Below, piece after piece: positions 11,451-24,150 of a stretch of 64,000 nucleotides of DNA. The DNA lies in the NCBI RefSeq assembly GCF_016433145.1, contig NC_058130.1:45002834-45066833 (forward strand). The letters are read 5' to 3'. Both the position numbers and the translations under genes were made by a program. The stretch's first letter is position 1, and every line of letters starts with the position of its first letter. The notes below the pieces were generated by a model. The model did no database searches, had not been told where the DNA came from, and worked only from the letters and a program-made list of their open reading frames with translations. Source of the DNA: Gracilinanus agilis (Eukaryota).

Positions 11451-13087
11451 GAATTAAATAATGAATTCTGTTCTTGAAAGTTTTTTAAATAGGATTAATT
11501 CCTTTAAATTACTTTTACTCATTTATAATTTTTTCTCTACTTACAGATTAATTTTCTATAATAATTTTAATGAGCTCAAAAACTAAACTATATTTAGGCC
11601 AGTTCTTTTCTAAGTGGGATTGTGTCTTTGTTGCAACAGTAAAATTAACACTGATATTTGTTCTTCATGCTTCATATCTTTATGGCTAATATTTATTTTC
11701 AGATCCCATTTCAATGTCACTTTGATTCTATTTCTTGAAGGAAGCTTTGAGGCCACACTTTCTTACTAATTTCAGAGAGTACAGCTGGCCTTGTATAATA
11801 ATATCCATCCTCCTGAATCTGATAGGGAATATTTTCATTGTATAAATGTAACAGCTAAGACATCTAAAGTCTGTCCTTTGATATTTTGATGTCCCAAAAG
11901 ATCAGTATCATTAAAGATAATTCACTTATATGACTTTGTTCGTGACCTCTAAAATTCACCCCATGATTAGTGGATCACATTTGGACAATTCAAAGATATT
12001 TAGTCATTTAATATTTAATATGTAACATTGGGAGCTAAATCTAAGACCCAGCTTAGTGCATGAAATAGTTGTGTTTGCAAGTAGCAATCTTGTCATGTGA
12101 GGAATAAACTGTAACAAATGATTAATTATAGATATTAATCAAATTTGAAACTATGCTTTTTTACATTATTTTATTTTGCTGGATGTTGCCTTGAAACTGG
12201 AGTCAATTGTATGGAGTACTGGGCTTGACCTGAGAAAGACCTGGATTCAAATGTAGTCTATTATTGTTTCTATTTACTTGATCATTCAGTTCATGTAATT
12301 TAAATGTGCCTCAGCCTGAGGACTTAAATCTCTTAAACTCCCCAGCATCTATCCTGCAGCTCTTGATATTGACCAAATCATCATGAAAAGATGCAATACT
12401 ACTAAATTACTCCTTTAAGTGACTATTCAGTAATAGTGATAAGTGCATATTCTGAACAATTCTTATACCAGTGCTTACAATGTAGAATGAACAGAAACTC
12501 ACAAAAAGCTATATAGTTTTGAGATAAAACTCCTTACAGTAGCAGCACAATAATTCCCAAAGAATTCCATCTTCTAACAATCTCTTGAAATTAATGAATA
12601 AAGACAAAAGCCTTCTATTCATCCATCCTTGCCACATCAGTCGGTGAAGATAGAAAATGATATAAAATTAATCCTCTCTCTTGACAGTTGTAAAATAGTA
12701 ATCCTACATTTTTATCCTCTCAAACTACATCAGAAGATTTTTTATTCTCATATTTTCATATTCTCTTGTATCAACCCATATATAGTGGGATCAGTTTCAT
12801 TTTGTAAGTCAAAATAAGCCTGCTGTACAAAGTCAGTATGGGTTATTGGAATTTGGGAGAAGGCAACAATTGTGAAATTTTTTTATGACATGTTTTCAAT
12901 ATTATTACTTTAAAAAGTATGCCCTTGATTGAATATATGTGTCTTACCTCCCTTCAACCTCTTTTCTCTATTTAAGTATTAAAGATGTCCTGTCATATAG
13001 TCTTTAGAGGTGAAATAATTATTTGGTTTCCCATAAATAACTAAAATACAGAAGATAATGGTTCTATAGTATTCAGAAAGTCCTTAT

Positions 13088-13847
13088 TGAAAGGGGGAAA
13101 TTTGGATAAACTGTAGGGTCAGAGTGAGAATACAGAAATGTGCTGGTTGCAAAAAAGAGAATGTAAGAGGGAAGCTCAGAATTCTCAGGCACTTTTCTGA
13201 GGTTCCGGACTGACAGTTGGGGAGAGAGTAAAGAGGTGGTGAAGAAGTCAACAGCTTTTGATCTTAGCTCTCTCCTGATCCAGTGTGAGACCTATCCAAA
13301 TCATCTACTCTGGTTCCTATTATCCCTGATCTATCCCAGACATTGAAGTAACTTCTATCGACCTCTCAAGAAGAAGAATTATCAGTCATCTGGACTTCTG
13401 AGTTACCTCAGTGGGCTTTGCCTACAATCTGGGGTCACTTGGTCACTTCTGGTATGAGTTCCTAATTCAAAAGTTATCTCTGGTTTTCACCAAAGACTGT
13501 ATTTGACTGGAATTAGCCAATGGTAGCTAGACAGGACAGTGGGAATTTAGGCAGAGAGATAGGTAGCCCCAACCCTGTTGGGTACCGAAGCGACCTTTTG
13601 CAAAGTCAGTGGTCTGGGAAAGGTAGAACCTTATTAGTTATAGAGAATCTCTGAACCCTCCATCCTTACCTAATCCAAATTATCATTTATAATAAACCTG
13701 TTACTGTTTGAAAGCTAGAGGTCAGATTACGTGTTTAAGAGTCTCATGACAGAGAGTAGCCATCTTGCTCTCTATGGCTGGGAGGATTCATCACCAACAG
13801 ACTTGAGGTTCATCCAACCCAGTTACAGATCAAATTACCATCTTACA
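13088..13847 (+). mobile_element. Solo endogenous-retrovirus LTR (760 bp)
   Basis: TG..CA termini (TGAAAG / CTTACA, imperfect inverted), 4-bp target-site duplication TTAT at 13084-13087 and 13848-13851, AATAAA at 13691-13696, composition distinct from the flanks. A 4-bp TSD is typical of ERV1-class elements. Confidence 0.8.
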
Positions 13848-14596
13848 TTATTAAATGTTTATTGTCTATCTGTGTACTTAACAAAAATACTATAGTCCTA
13901 TTAATGATAATCTTTTGCTAAGTGATGAGGATTCTACTGAAGCAAGAATAGTCTGTGCCTTCAAGGAGATCACTATCTAACAGGAGAGAGAAAGAAAGTA
14001 AAAGATCATTTATTAAGTACCTACCATGTGACAGTTATTATGCCAAACTCTTTACAAATATCTCATTTGATAAGAGAGAATAGTTAATTTACTACACAGC
14101 ATTATTACTCATGTTCTTTAATAATAATGTTTAGCACTTATATGTAGCTTTTAATGGTTTTCAAAGTTCTTTACATAAATAACTTAATTTGATCCTTGAA
14201 CAATGCTGTAAGAGAGATGCTGTATTTATCTCCATTTTACAGATGAGGAAAATGAGAATTAACCTTTTCTTCAGGAATATTTTTAATTTTCTTGTGTTTG
14301 TTTGCTTTTTTTTTACTTGTGTATATTCAGTGTGACTCTTCTCTATCCATAGATGTTCTCACTGAATTTTAGCTGAATTTTCTCATTAAAAATGATCATC
14401 TCTTCAAAGCCAATCTCTTTCTTGGTTAAATTTTAAGCTCCAATCAACTAGTGTGTTAAAATAGAATCCATAAATATTTATCAGGTGCCTACTATGTGCA
14501 GAGCACAGTGGTGTTTTTGTCGAGTGTTTTCATTTATAACTGATTCTTTGTGACACCATCCGTTACTCTAGCTTTTTACATAGATGAAACCACAGA

Positions 14597-14768
14597 TGAA
14601 GCTGAGAGGCATAGTGGATAGAGTGCCCAGCCTGGATTTAGAAATACCTGAGTTCAAAAATAGCCTCAGATACTTACTAACTGAGTGACCCTGGGCAAGT
14701 CACTTTCATGTTATTTACCTCAGTCTCCTCATCTAAAAAATGAGCTGGAGAAAGAAATGCAAGTATCC
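14597..14768 (+). mobile_element. MAR1-type CORE-SINE (partial)
   Basis: gcatagtggatagagtg..cctgagttcaaa..gcctcagatacttactaac..gaccctgggcaagtcact..atgagctggagaaagaaatg. Confidence 0.85.
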
Positions 14769-14774
14769 AACTAG

Positions 14775-14975
14775 CTCACCAGGGGACAGAAAAAATACAA
14801 TATACGCAATACATGCTTAAGGTTAATCAGTTTCTTCATCCCTTTTGTAAGTCTAGACAATCAACAAAACAATAAAACAAGGCCTGATTTCTATCATTTG
14901 CAGATTTGAGGTGCAAATACTCACAATGAAAATTTAATAATCACTTGTACCAATTCATAAGAGCTGATGCCTGTG
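14775..14975. mobile_element. MER63-like (hAT-Blackjack) non-autonomous DNA transposon
   Basis: aagtctagacaatcaacaaaacaataaa..cctgattt..gaggtgcaaatactcacaatgaaaatttaa matches my recall of the MER63 consensus. Confidence 0.75.
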
Positions 14976-15439
14976 TCCTTATTTGCTTTCATACTGCTGT
15001 GCTTTAAAAACGTTCTTATGCTTAGTTTTTATAGTATTAATTTCCTATTTACTTTTGAGTTCTTACCTAGCCTTTCTAAATCATATCATGATCTTGCCTT
15101 TAGTGGCTTCTCAATTTCCCACCCAAGTTCAATTATTATTGTTGTTTCTAATTTTATATGAACAAGAAAACCAAAATTCTGACAATTAAAAGTAAAACAA
15201 GCTCTTGTTTAACTGCTTAGTCTCATGAGATCCTGGTTGATCACTCTCTCTCACTCTCTATTTTTCTCTATCTCCTCCTCTTCTCTCCCTCTTAGTATTA
15301 TTCTTACTTAATATTAGTAATCTTTCCCTACTTTGTTCATTCAAGCCAATGTCTGACATTGTACTTACTCAGTGGTTATTGACTTGAGAAAAATTGGATG
15401 AAGCCATTTTGAGGAAAATGATAGTCAACTATTAAAAAA

Positions 15440-16190
15440 TAAAACCGTTCTAATAAAGCAGTGAGATCTAGGTTGAGTTTAGATAGCTCAAAGTTTGTAG
15501 TAGACTCATCTAGCATTCTTGTATGATGACTTCCTCTGGCATCATTTGGTAGGATCCCAGTGAGAACATAGAAAGAGTTTGATGGATAATGCAGACTTAG
15601 TTTTGGCAAGCAGAAATACAACAAGAGGGCTGAAGTGAAGGATAGAAAATAATACAGGACTGAATTGTTTAACTATATAGACTAGAAATGAGTAGAGAAG
15701 AAAGTGAAGGCAGATGGGTGATGATTGGTAGGGTAGGAGTGGATGAAACCCAATAAAGTTAAAAAAAACAGGTTTATAGCAGGAAGAGTGAGGCAAGGGA
15801 AGAAACAGAAAGATAAGAGGGTGATTAGATCAGAAAGAGGACTGTTGTGAGTCCTTTTGGCAAAAATAAGCACGTCTGTCTATACATGAGGTAGAGTGAA
15901 GATGGAGATCACATGAGTTCAGAACCAGGAGGCCAGTATACTTGAAGAGATGTCCCTATGCATTTAGAATTTACCAACTTTAGGGACAAAGGTGAAGAGA
16001 GAAATACTGTGAGGTCTGTGAAAAAAAAGAGAAAAATTGGCCTGAAGATCAATTGACAATTGCAAATAGGATCAGGATGAGGTGATATAAATGGATTGTG
16101 TAAGTTCCAATAGAAGAAAGAACACTGAGTAATGTTGGGAAAGAGAGGATTTGGAAATCACCGAGAAATTAGGAGTAAACATCAATTGGA
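15440..16190 (-). mobile_element. Highly decayed LINE-2-like fragment
   Basis: Long purine-rich plus strand typical of antisense L2. No intact motif recovered. Confidence 0.45.
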
Positions 16191-16245
16191 TAATAAATAA
16201 GGGATACGTTTTTAAGTTTAAATTACCAATTCCCTTGTCTCATAA

Positions 16246-16270
16246 TGTGTGTGTGTGTGTGTGTGTGTGT
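16246..16270. repeat. (GT)n microsatellite
   Basis: Direct reading. Confidence 0.95.
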
Positions 16271-18361
16271 TTGAGTTTGCAGGTCAGGTAATGAGAACAG
16301 GTAGATTCAATAATGGAAAACTTGGGAAGAAACACATTGTCTTCTAGAAAGAATCAGGTTTCCTGCAATTCAAGAGAAGATAGGAAGCAAAAAAAAAAAA
16401 GAAATCCAAGGCAAAGGGAAGTTTATTAAGAATAGATTGGAAATCCAAAAGTTAATTATGAAAATTTGATTGGTAAATAAGTGGAATACTTGTCTCTTTC
16501 ATTACTCCCCAGTAGTCATTATTATGGTCGGAGCATTTTTTTCTTTGCCTTTTTCTGTATAGTCATATCAGCATTGAGAAGGAAATCAATGAGCCATCTT
16601 CTTCTTCCATGTGTTACAGTTTACATTGCCATTTATCAATGATTGATTAACTACTTTGAGATAAATGCAGACCCAGCAAGACCATAAAGACTTTCCTTAT
16701 GCTCTTCTTTCAAAAGTCCTTCCTTTGTCTCCCAATTGTTACATTAAAGATTCCTTATTGCTGCCCTTCTTGGGTCACTCGTCCATCCTTAAACACCCAA
16801 GCTTCTGTATCTTTCCCGATCATTTTTTGGTGTTGTTATCCAAAATTTTGTTATCCAAAATCCACATTTGTCTCTTACTCCTTAAATCATCCAAAGCAAA
16901 TTTTACGATCCAGTTTTCATGTGGATTTCACATTCACCTTTCATCATCTGGATATTTTTGGTTATATTTTTTTTTTCAGTTTTTATTTCCCCCATTCATC
17001 ATACAGTTGAGTCCCATTATAATACAAATGTCATATTTGTAGATCTACAACACCTCATATAGTAGAAAAGGTGCAACACAGCTCAAGTTTTATACAGAAT
17101 GCGTGATTGGCCCTTCAATATAACAATCACTATGTATATGTATATGGGTACATATATATGCATGTAAAATTTATGATATCATAAATTCTTACGAATAAGA
17201 TTCCACTTTTGACATCCTTGTAAGATTTGCTATTCTTATAATGTAATGCACAAATGAGATTTTTGCTTTGCTTATTTTCTGCAGCTGGCATTAACTTGGA
17301 TCTATATGTTGTTTCCTTATTTAGCTCTTTTACCTCTGATTTAGCTGCAAGAATTTAATAAAAGCAACCAGAGAAGGGTAGTTACTTTGATTACACACAA
17401 AGAAATACTCAAGAGTTTAAATTACTTCAACAATAACCTTGATTGAATCACATTCAATGACTAATTTTCGGAATTCAGATAGTCCAGTCTCAGAACATCA
17501 AGAGGAAATTTACATTTTCTCTTGGAATTCCAAACCCTTTAAATGTTGGGAAAATGTTTTCCATTGGGAGGTGTGATGGGTTTGGGAATAATTAGCTTAG
17601 AGGCCAGGAGCAATGCAGAGTTATTTAGATATGTCTGAATTTTATTTACATAGGCTTCTGAAGAAAGAGTAATAACCAAGTTAAATGTAGGCTTTAAAAA
17701 AAAGTTATCATTAATTTTCATTCCTAAGTAACCTACAATGTTTAAGAAATTCTTATGATGCGACATTTTGTGTATTTAATTTGAATGGAGCTTTCGTCCA
17801 AGAATGTAGCATTTTTAGAATAAAACTCTGTAAAGTAATAGATAAATATCAATTTCAGGTTATAGATCATCAATTGAAAACTAAAGGGGAGATGAGAAGC
17901 TGTTTAGCCTGATGGTCTTATTTTACATATGAGATACTGTTGGCGTAGGCCAGTAGATCATATAGGTAGTAAATGTAGGAGACGTAGTTTTAACTCAGGT
18001 CTGATGATTTCAGGGCCAGTATTCTTCCCACTGTCCCAGCTATCATTATTTTATGATTATTATTAGCACGATAAATGACTCTATGGCTCTGAATAGGTCG
18101 GATGGAGATAGGGCATTGAACTATTTCACTGGAATATGCAGGCAGCTTTTGATGGTGTAGATGCCTTCCACCAATGCAGAGCTGTCCTTTTGCAATTAAT
18201 AGCTTTAAAGTGTTTCTTGGGAAACTGAGAAATTAATAAATTTGACTATAGTCACCCAATTAGTATAGATCAGAAACAGAATCTTTGAACTCAATTCTTC
18301 CAGAGTACACAAGGCCTTCTATTTATTCAATATATATGATATTGTCTCTCAATAAAAATAT

Positions 18362-18624
18362 TTGTTGTTGTTGTTGTTCAGTTGTTTCAGTCTTTTCCAA
18401 CACTTCATGACCATTTTTAGGACTTTTCTTTGCCAAGATATTAGAGTTGTTTGCCATTTCCTTCTCCAGCTCATTTTACAAATGAGGAAATGGAGGCATA
18501 AGTTTAAGTGACTTGTCCAGGGTTAAACAACTAGTAAATTTCTGAGGCTAGGTTTGAAGTCATGAAGAAGTCTTCTTGATCCTAAGCCCATATGATCTAT
18601 CCACCATATTGCCTAGCTATCCCA
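18362..18624 (-). mobile_element. MAR1-type SINE
   Basis: (gtt)n tail, ttgccatttccttctccagctcattttacaaatgaggaaa, CORE and head in antisense. Confidence 0.9.
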
Positions 18625-18654
18625 AAACCTGTCCAAGGATAAGTTCCTCCAAGT

Positions 18655-18912
18655 ACTCTTTGTTTTTCCAGTCATTTTCAGTCATGTCTCTTCTGACCCC
18701 ATTTATAGTTTTCTTAGCAAAGATAGTAAAAGTGGTTTACCATTTTCTTCTCCAGCTCATTTTACAGATGAGGAAGCTGAGGCAAGCAGGGTTAAGTGAC
18801 TTTCCCAGGATCTCACAGCTAATAAGTATCTGAAGCCAAATTTGAACTCAGGAAGATGAATCTTTCTGACTTTGGCACAGCTGTCTATCTGCTGTGTCAC
18901 TTATCTGCCCCC
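18655..18912 (-). mobile_element. MAR1-type SINE (tandem with the previous copy)
   Basis: cagtcatgtc..gaccccatt..ttcttctccagctcattttacagatgaggaagctgaggc..gggttaagtgactt. Confidence 0.9.
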
Positions 18913-19630
18913 ACAAATAAACATACAGATGGCACTAATCCTTCTACTAGAATTCGTATCCTGCATCAATGCATCCATTTGTTAATATGGAATTCTCAAA
19001 TACAATTCTTCTCTTTTAGGCAAATATCTATTTAATAGAAGCCAAATGCTTCCCTTTATAATACCTACTTGGTAGTTGTTATACAAGTGCATTGCTATCG
19101 GCAGAAAATAGACATATAACTATAAATGGGTGAAAATAGACATTAGCAGCAACTGGGATTTGTCTAAATTTAATATTTCCTTGACTAAGGCCTGCCATTC
19201 TTAGGACAACATGAAACCAGTCTTTGATAAAGGACACAGATAAATTATTTCAATAATTTAATGTGAATAGCACTGAATATCTGCTCTGTGCCAAGCACTC
19301 TGGAAGGCACTGGGGATAATAAAAAGATTAAAAGAAAATACTTGAGCCTCCTCTACTGCAGCATTTGGTGTAAAAAGACAGGTATTATATAATCCAGAGC
19401 TACAACAACATTACCCACGCTAAGTGATTAACTGAATGAATGAAATGTAATTCCAAGAAATTCCAAGAAAGGAAACAGTCTTTATTACTCAAGGAATCAA
19501 GGAAGGAAGGCTTTATGGAAGAGAAAAAAGTTTATTTGTCATTTTTTAAAAATTCTTATATTAGATATATGTATCTACACATTGATACATATATGTTAGA
19601 TATATGTATCTATATTGATACATGTCTGTG

Positions 19631-19778
19631 TATCAATACTATGTATCATTTCCAAGGTAGAAGAGCAATAAGACTGGGCAATGGGGGTTAAGTGACTTGT
19701 CCCAAGGAACATTCAACCAGGACGTATCTGAGGCCATGTTGGAATCCAGAACTTTCTGTCAGATCTACCTAGCTGTCT
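19631..19778 (-). mobile_element. SINE1_Mdo-type fragment
   Basis: tccaaggtagaagagcaataag..ggcaatgggggttaagtgacttg. Confidence 0.75.
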
Positions 19779-22630
19779 AAATTTTTATTCTTCCTGAAGA
19801 AGGGACCAGAAGTCAAGAGATAGATATGGGTGAAGGAGGACATTCTAATCTTAAAGAATGGTTTGAATAAAGATATAGAGTAAGGAACAATTGGAGTCCA
19901 TATACAAAATGGTGACTAGTTCAGTCAATATATAGGATAGTTTTTAGGGGGTACAAGGATGGATCTATTAGTTAATTAATTAGTAATCTATTATTTATTA
20001 AAGGAGTATAAAGTTAATGATGATCTATTTGGAAAACAATTCGACAGCACTACTGGTATTTCTCTCTGACATATTATGACTTCTCAAGTGATATCATGGA
20101 GGTTCTCCACAATGCTGACTGTTACTCCCTTGTTTCCCATTCAGGCTACGAGAGCTCACTCTCTTTTGCCTGGACTGTGATCTTTGCCTTTCTCAGCAGA
20201 AGGGCTGGATCCAGGAGTGAGCGACACTCTTTTTGCACATATTGATTGTGCTGGTTCACAAAAGCCTTGTAATGTTTTACCTGGAGGTCTCTGACTGAGA
20301 GGGTCATAATGGCTACGGCCTCCCAGTAATCTAGATGAATTATACAGAACTGCAGTTTATAGATCAGCTTTGCAATTGTGTGGAATTTCATTGGGCTTAA
20401 CCAGGTGTGTTAAATTGTGAGGAGCCGTTATAAAGTCATAACGTCTTCAAGGACACGGGATGGGACAGGTCATTTAAAAAGACACTGGCGAGAAATACAT
20501 TCTGTTTAGTCTGATATTCAGCCTAACAAAGATCTGTAATTCAGACAATTTGTTTGGATGTTGTGTTGTTCTCCTGTCTGTTTTCTCTCCCACGCTGTTA
20601 CAAATCTGATGTTCAAAGTTCCCAGGAGCTCTATAAGAGCTGCGGATAAATATCAGCCCTTCCCATTCATATATGACTGTTTCCTCGCTCTAAGTTCCTC
20701 AAACGTCATCACTGTTGGGAAAACAAATGAAGCAACAACAGCGATGACAATAATGATAACAATGACAGTGACAGGGATAGAAACCATATCTATGACAATT
20801 ATTCTATAATGTGTAATGTTTTAATTAATTAAATTAATAAGAAACCACGACAAATAAATTAATAATTAATTGAATGGTTCTATCATAAATTAATTTTAAA
20901 AGACATATATTCTATAATAATTAAATTATAAAAAACTCCCATGTGAGAAAACTTCCTCTCTGAATGCACGGTAACACTTTGTCTTCAAGTGAAGATATTA
21001 GAATATTTTTTCTTGCAAATGTCTTGCCAGAGACCAATGTGTGTCAGAGGCAAGACGGAAACCAAGTTTTCATGGCTTTGAGGCCATTGAACTGAGTTAA
21101 TGATAATTATCATCATTTCCCCCTCAGTGACTCATTTTACTTGTCCATAATCCCTCATCCACAAGCATTTTTGAACTCGAGTATTGTCTAAACTTAAGTT
21201 ATTGGGGCCAGTGATGTTTTTATTATTAATTACTTGTATCAATTATTACTATTATTTAACTATAATTACCATTGGCTACTGTTTATTATCAATATCTTAA
21301 TTATTATTATTAATAATTGACTTTTCTTTATATAAGTTGCAGAGCAAGTGCTAATCTCCATTGGTAGGGTGAGCTTCTTTACTGAGATTTCTCCAAACCA
21401 ATTAAATCACAAATGATGATGATGATAAAAATTTCATACTTCAAGATTCACAAAGTTCTTTACATGCATCGTGTTCTCTTATTCTCACTAAAAATAGATG
21501 CCACAGGTACCATTATCACCATTCAGGTGAGGAAACTTCCTTAATTCTCTTTTCTTTCCACCGCTCCCTTCTAGCACCTGTTTTAGGAATGCCTCTGTGT
21601 GCCTTTTGACCCACTGTCCATATAACAGGATATTTCATTCCCTTGCAGACCTTGGGCAAGTAGAACTGAATTTTTACTCAGGAGGGATTGGATCATGTCC
21701 TGGTTAAGGGCCTTGAGCCAAAGCCAAATCAAGTCTTCCTGAAGGAGGCATGAGGGGATGGGATGTTCTCTGCAAAGGGCAGCAAGAAGAATGGTATTGC
21801 TGGATCATCGAGTATGTGGATGGGATGAAAGTATAAAAAGCCAAAACTCAGAAGGTGCCAGAAAATCTTTTTATGTGATAAAAGACCTTCATTTTATGGT
21901 GGCCTTACCTGCAAAGCAATCCCACATAGAGAACTTCTAGAACACTCTTAAAACAAGGAATCAATGTCCTACTTACAAGGCTTTAGTATTCTAGCCTGGC
22001 ATAGAACATTCCAATTTTAAACTTACCAATTTATCTTGAGGCCAAGTTCAGAAATGCTAGCTTAAATCCACCATAGTTTCACTAGGAAAACTTGGGCAAG
22101 TCTCTTAACCTTTGTTCCCCTCCATTTCCCTCATATTAATAACCCATTAACTGACCCCTTGGGGCTGTTGGGAAAGCTAAGTCATAATATATGATTATAA
22201 GAATCCCTAAAAATAATATATAGGGTATTAGACATATGCTAAGTAAGACATACGGTTCAGAGCACAACTCTGCCCTCATTCTGGGTATTAAAATTAACCA
22301 CTAAATCATTAAGTAAAATAGATTCATTCCCCCTTTCCTGCATTGGCATTAGGAGAGGGTAGTAAATATTTTCATTTTATTCTCATTATGGAGACTTAGG
22401 TGTAATGGAGTCAGTACACAGCTATAATTTTGCAACAGAATTTGAGGATATTAATAACTGATGATAAAGGTGAACATAAAGGAAAAACAAGATAGAATAA
22501 TAAGCTTTTAAAAAACATACTCAGTAACAGTAAAAGAAATCAGAGTTTGTTATGCGTAACCAGAATAAATATAATATAGTGCCTTATGCATATTACAAAA
22601 GCCAGGCATTTTGATGATGGAATACTTTTA

Positions 22631-23077
22631 TTTTTGTGTGTGTGTGTTTTATTTCTGAAATTTTCTTAACATTGATATTTATTTTTTAGAAAAGTTAACA
22701 TGGTTACATAATTCATGCTCTTACTTTCCCCTTGATCCCCCGAACTCCCCCCCCAACATGGCTGATGCACATTTCCACTGGTTTTAACATGTGTCATTGA
22801 TCAAGACCTATTTCCAAATTGTTGATAGTTGCACTGGTGTGGTAGTTTCGAGTCCACATCCCCAATCATGTCCGCCTCAACCCATGTGTTCAAGCAGTTG
22901 TTTTTCTTCTATTTCCACTCCTGTAGTTCCTCCTCTGAATGTGGGTAGCATCTTTTCCATAAATCCCTCAGAATTGTCCTGGGTCATTGCAGTGCTGCTA
23001 ATACAGAAGTCCATTATATTCTATTTTACTATAGTGTATTGGTCTCTGTGTACAACGTTCTTCTGGCTCTGCTCCTT
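22631..23077 (-). mobile_element. 5'-truncated young L1 (3' UTR) with 16-bp TSD
   Basis: TGATGGAATACTTTTA at 22615-22630 and 23078-23093. The pre-insertion site reads TTT/AAAA, the canonical L1 endonuclease site. Body is marsupial L1 3' UTR. Confidence 0.93.
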
Positions 23078-23826
23078 TGATGGAATACTTTTAAATATAA
23101 ATCTCTAGCACACTCTGAAGGAAGGACAAATTGGAAATATCAACTGTCCTTATTGTGATTGCATGTATGCAAACATGTGGACATTTGGACTGGAGGAGTC
23201 TAATTTTCAATTTTTCTGTATTTTAGTCCCTCATCACGCTATTATTTCTAGGTATAAAATGATGCTGGAAGGCACTGAGAAGTTAAATTGAAATTAGTTG
23301 GCCTAACTTATACAGGGAGTATGTAGCAAAGGCAGAGCTTGAACTCAAGTCTTTCTGACTCTAGGTATGGCAAGTCAATTCTCTATCATTACTCTATACT
23401 GCCTTTCATAAATAAATTATATAGAGAGATAGCCACATTTCTGCATATAGACATGCGTGCTGACTTTCCCATATTATCTCTAGTAGAGTTGAGCCCATGA
23501 TTCTAGCAGCATAGGTAATTCACAGTGACGAAACTTCCCCCACCAACGTGTATGAACAACTGCTTTGTCAAGGACCATACCATCAGTGTGAGAAAAAGGA
23601 CCTGTGTTCAAGTCTCCCTGACTCCAAGCCTGGCACTCAGTTTCATATCACAGCACGTCTCCCAGAGTAGAAGCACTAGAAAGGTTGACTATCATTTTTG
23701 TATGCACTTCTATGCATTTATCACAATACTTGTTTCAGTAATAAATTAATAAATATTTGTTGATCAGTTGGCTGTTCCTTATCTATATAGAACATTTTAT
23801 TATCTTCAGCAGAAAACTATGGTTAG

Positions 23827-23950
23827 AATCTGGCCTTAGACACTTCCTAGCTGTGTGACCCTGGGCAAGTCACTTGACCCCCATTGCCCACTCTTACCAC
23901 TCTTCCACCAAGGAGCCAATACACAGAAGTTAAGGGTTTAAAAAAAAGAA
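23827..23950 (+). mobile_element. 5'-truncated SINE1_Mdo-type variant
   Basis: aatctggccttagacacttcctagctgtgtgaccctgggcaagtcacttgacccccattgccc..ggagccaatacacagaagttaagggtttaaaa, with a shortened 3' segment. Confidence 0.9.
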
Positions 23951-23954
23951 ACCT

Positions 23955-24150
23955 ACAGTCAGGAAATGTTTAACCCTGGGAGAAAAATGTACCCACGCCA
24001 CACTTTTAATCTTTATATGATTTACTCACATTAAGTCTGGACAAAGCAATAAATTAAATGTGTGGCATTTCACCTTTCTAAGATGTACGTACTCGCCCAA
24101 AATTTAACAATTGCTCGGAGTCATTTCAAACTGGCTCTAGCACACTCCTA
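23955..24150. mobile_element. Second MER63-like hAT element
   Basis: aaatgtttaac..aaaaatgtac..cacacttttaa..aagtctggacaa..aaaatttaacaattgctc..aactggctctagcacac; similar to 14775-14975. Confidence 0.65.

Noticed and set aside
20146-20391. 81-aa minus-strand ORF that looks globular
   Set aside because: An in-frame stop lies 6 codons upstream, I recognise no family, and an internal strong donor suggests that at most part of it is exonic. Kept only within the 20100-20720 finding.
23990-24125. Local CpG cluster
   Set aside because: Explained by the MER63-like element rather than by host constraint.
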